A DNA stretch of 27,597 bases from an uncultured bacterium (GTDB lineage: Bacteria; SAR324; NAC60-12), in assembly GCA_964010765.1 (NCBI GenBank), contig CAXGMD010000047.1:1-27597 (forward strand). Reading direction: 5' to 3'. The notes under the pieces were generated by a model. That model had not been told where the DNA came from, made no database searches, and saw nothing but the letters and a program-made list of their open reading frames with translations. This document shows, one piece after another, positions 26,539-27,597 of the stretch (within the stretch, counting starts at the first letter, position 1; each line of letters starts with the position of its first letter). The position numbers and the translations under genes were made by a program.

Positions 26539-26572
26539 AAAAAGCCTGGGCGTTCCCACGAATCGTTCAGGC
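26539..26572. terminator. Probable hairpin terminator between convergent flgH and ccmB
   Basis: GCCTGGGCG-TTCCCACGAAT-CGTTCAGGC stem (two G-U pairs on + strand), preceded by AAAAA, which is a U-tract for the minus-strand transcript. Confidence 0.5.
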
Positions 26573-26584
26573 CCTCCCTTCCCC

Positions 26585-27277
26585 TCATTCCTCCATCACG
26601 AACTCGAATCCGAGTATCGAGACCACCAACAACAAGACATCGAAACCCAGCAATAGGTTCCACCAGGCATTGACTTGTTCAGGACGTGTGTCGAAGAACA
26701 GGTAGGCTGTCAGGTTCACCAGACTGAGCAGTCCGGGCACCATCAACGGGAACAGCAGGATTGGCAACAACACCTCACTTCCTTTGAGGGATGCGGTCAT
26801 GGCTGTCAGCAGGGTTCCAAGCGCGCTGAAGCCAACTGTGCCAGCCAACAGAATTCCAGGCACACTAGGCCAATGTTGAACTCTCAGGGGGAAGAAGAGA
26901 AAGCACAGCGCCAAAAAGAGCAACTGAGCAACCAGCAGGAAGCAGAGATTGGCGAGAAACTTACCGAGGAAGAGGACAGTCCGATCCAGTGGCGCCAACA
27001 ACAACCCACCAATGCAACCATTCTCAGAATCCTGCTGGTAGGACTTGTTCAGGCTGAGGACGCCCGTCAACATGAAAACCACCCAGATGATTCCGGGTAG
27101 AGCCAGACGAAAGGTCCGTTGATCATCTCCCATCGCAAATTGGAAGATCAACAGCGTCAGGGTGGAGAAGAGCAGCATGGAGAGAAAATTCTCCTTACGG
27201 CGTAAATCAATCAGCAGGTCCTTCCAGAGCAGGATCAGGATCTGGCGAAAAAAACTGGGCATCAAAGAGGGGTCCAC
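26585..27277 (-). CDS. ccmB: Heme exporter protein CcmB (cytochrome c maturation System I)
   Basis: LWKDLLIDLRRKE, PGIIWV, DSENGCIGGLLLAP, LFLGKFLAN, GFSALGTL, EVLLPILLFPL; six TMs. GTG 27277 or ATG 27262 start. Confidence 0.93.
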   Translation of the reverse strand: MDPSLMPSFFRQILILLWKDLLIDLRRKENFLSMLLFSTLTLLIFQFAMGDDQRTFRLALPGIIWVVFMLTGVLSLNKSYQQDSENGCIGGLLLAPLDRTVLFLGKFLANLCFLLVAQLLFLALCFLFFPLRVQHWPSVPGILLAGTVGFSALGTLLTAMTASLKGSEVLLPILLFPLMVPGLLSLVNLTAYLFFDTRPEQVNAWWNLLLGFDVLLLVVSILGFEFVMEE

Positions 27278-27333
27278 TCAGGTTAAGACATGAGCCCCAA
27301 CATGAGTGGAGGGACTGGAAGAATCAAGTCGGC

Positions 27334-27597
27334 TCAGGCAGCGCTTTCCTTGCCACCAGAACTGGAAGAGGTGGAAGACGAGCTGGAGTCACTGGATTTG
27401 CTGGACTCCGCCGGTTTGCTCTCTTTTGGGCTCGATTCCGTGCTGCTGTCACTTTTTTTGGATTCAGTTCCGCTGTCGGCCTTTTTTGCTTCACTGCCCC
27501 CGTCACTCTTCTTGGACTCACTGCCGCTGTCACTGGAACTCTCCGGCTTGGCGCTACCATAGCCGTCCTTGTACCAACCGCCACCCTTCAAATGAAA
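27334..27597 (-). CDS. FmdB-family zinc-ribbon protein, C-terminal part (5' end outside the window)
   Basis: Frame is open to the window edge: FHLKGGGWYKDGY (family F.LKGSGWY.TDY motif) followed by a Ser/Lys/Glu low-complexity tail. The CxxC motifs are not visible. Confidence 0.8.
   Translation of the reverse strand, partial: FHLKGGGWYKDGYGSAKPESSSDSGSESKKSDGGSEAKKADSGTESKKSDSSTESSPKESKPAESSKSSDSSSSSTSSSSGGKESAA
27433..27534 (-). repeat. Degenerate 27-bp (9 aa) tandem coding repeat, about 4 copies
   Basis: SDSGSESKK / SDGGSEAKK / ADSGTESKK / SDSSTES in the FmdB tail. Confidence 0.7.

Noticed and set aside
27290..27584. Overlapping ORFs 27290-27562 (+) and 27324-27584 (-)
   Set aside because: Alternative-frame artefacts of the low-complexity FmdB tail.
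1..27597. CRISPR array, tRNA/rRNA, IS/integrase, prophage or anti-phage defence system
   Set aside because: No regularly spaced repeats, cloverleaf, transposase or phage motifs seen by eye. The exonuclease, SLT and J-protein fit housekeeping roles. tRNAscan-SE, Infernal and DefenseFinder would be needed to exclude these formally.

Overview
Gene-dense, roughly 50% GC chromosomal region of a diderm, LPS-producing, flagellated bacterium. The flgF-flgG-flgA-flgH order, System I ccmB and the stand-alone GlmU-like acetyltransferase suggest a deltaproteobacteria-like lineage such as SAR324 (inference only). It contains about 29 CDS: a partial SDR, a SAF-domain oxidoreductase, a class III adenylate cyclase, a large periplasmic protein, a lytic transglycosylase, a DEDD exonuclease, a J-domain protein, a GT2, three paralogous unknown exported glycine-zipper proteins, lptC, glmU-like, DUF423, a secretin, lpxK, def, DUF192, a 2-phosphoglycerate-kinase-like protein, an MFS transporter, a histidine kinase, flgFGAH, ccmB and a partial FmdB-family gene. 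I recognised no rRNA, tRNA, CRISPR array or IS. The most notable observations are: (1) three short exported paralogues with a Gly-zipper hairpin and a terminal beta-signal-like strand beside lptC; (2) an orphan SctC/YscC-like secretin split by one in-frame TGA; (3) a 46-codon amtB 3' remnant missed by the ORF track; (4) a stand-alone exonuclease ending in a beta-clamp-like motif (QMSLF); (5) a remodelled FlgH with no flgI after it; (6) a double-ATP-cone 2-PG-kinase-like protein. All family assignments come from motif recognition by eye, not database searches.
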